From Octopus vulgaris (Eukaryota), in contig OX597814.1 of the NCBI GenBank assembly GCA_951406725.2, positions 194,246,001-194,310,000 of the forward strand: a stretch of DNA of 64,000 nt, in the 5' to 3' direction. Both the position numbers and the translations under genes were made by a program. This document shows, one piece after another, positions 62,990-64,000 of the stretch. Numbering within the stretch: the first letter of the stretch is position 1; each line of letters starts with the position of its first letter. A model generated the notes under the pieces. That model was not told the DNA's origin. It saw nothing but the letters and a program-made list of their open reading frames with translations, and ran no database searches.

Positions 62990-63625
62990 TGTACTTGGCG
63001 AAAGCCTTTGACAGGGTTCCCCTGTCTGGTGGTCAATGCAGAAACTAGGAAGATACGAGTTACTGGTCAGAGCTGTACAAGATCTGTACGGGGACGCTAC
63101 CAGTAACGTGAGGTTGGCAATGAGTACAGTGAAGAATTCAGGGTAGAAGTAGGGGTTCACTAAGGATCGGTACTCGGTCCCATCTTAGTTCTCCAGGAAA
63201 TAACTGAGGAATTTGAGACAGGCTACCTTGCTCTTATAGCCGATTCACTACCAGATCTAGAGAAGGTCTAGGTATGGAAGCAAGGTCTAAAATCGAAGGG
63301 CCTTAGAGTTAACCTGACAAAAACCATTCTTAGTAAGTAAGAAGGCAGATAAATCACAAATCCCTTCGGGTAGATGTCCCTGCTCAATCTGTAGGAGAGG
63401 TGTAGGTAGAAACTCCATAAGGCACACCCAGTGTAAGCTTTGGACACATAAAAGGTGCAGCAATATCGGAAGGTTAACAGGAAAAATAGCTTTTGTATGT
63501 GGAAGATGCACAGATACAATAAACACTGAAAATGTACAGAAAATAGACTCCACCAACTGCCACTGATGTAAGCTAGAAGTAGTAGATAGCTTACATTATC
63601 TAGGTGACCAAGTTAGTAGTGGAGG
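62990..63625 (+). pseudogene. RTE LINE reverse transcriptase fragment with Cys-rich (PHD-like) insert
   Basis: KAFDRVP, EFRVEVGVH*GSVL, WKQGLKSKGLRVNLTKT, RCPCSICRRGVGRNSI..TQCKLWTHKRCSNI, FVCGRC, VDSLHYLGD. Frameshifted. Confidence 0.82.
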
Positions 63626-64000
63626 TCTGTTTACATCCCCATCACTTAGTGGTTCGGCAAAAAGAGACCGATAGAATAAGTACTGGGCTTACAAAGAATA
63701 ATTCCTGGGGTCGATTTACTCAACTAAAGGCGGTGCTCCAGCATGGCTGCAATCAAATGACTGAAACAAGTAAAAGAGAGATATCAGAACTTTTTGTTGT
63801 GTTCCAAGCACAAAATTAGTATTGGTTTCAAATTTTAGTGCAAATCCAGCAATTCTGGAGGAATTAAATTCGCTGATGTGGCCGATGAAAGCACCACCTG
63901 ACTGGCACCTGTGCCAGTGGAACATTAAAAGTACCATCCGAGTGTGATCGTTGCCAGGGCCGCTGACTGGCTCCCGTGCCAGTGGCACATAAAAAGACAA

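Overview
AT-rich, repeat-saturated animal genomic DNA. The SINE, RTE-tail and microsatellite repertoire looks like octopus (inference, not checked by search). There is one real protein-coding gene: a + strand CCDC85-family (CCDC85C-like) coiled-coil gene, which I spliced by hand into 7 coding exons (39908-58391). All its introns are GT-AG with matching phases, giving 1512 nt and 503 aa, with a polyQ exon and an S/P/Q-rich tail. The rest is transposon-derived: a 3.8 kb Helitron with both ends and decayed Rep/PIF1 helicase, five non-autonomous Helitron copies plus one Helitron end, a Helentron-like element, Tc1/mariner remnants, MITEs, three tRNA-derived SINE families, RTE/CR1 LINE fragments and Penelope-type hammerhead-like motifs. 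Most ORFs in the track are microsatellite or SINE noise. I found no convincing new multi-gene system. The best leads are: SINE multimers sharing one fixed junction, a MITE sitting exactly inside a ~290 bp direct duplication, hammerhead-like motifs, a CpG-decay boundary at the gene, a uORF whose stop overlaps the start codon, and inverted repeats in the pre-mRNA.
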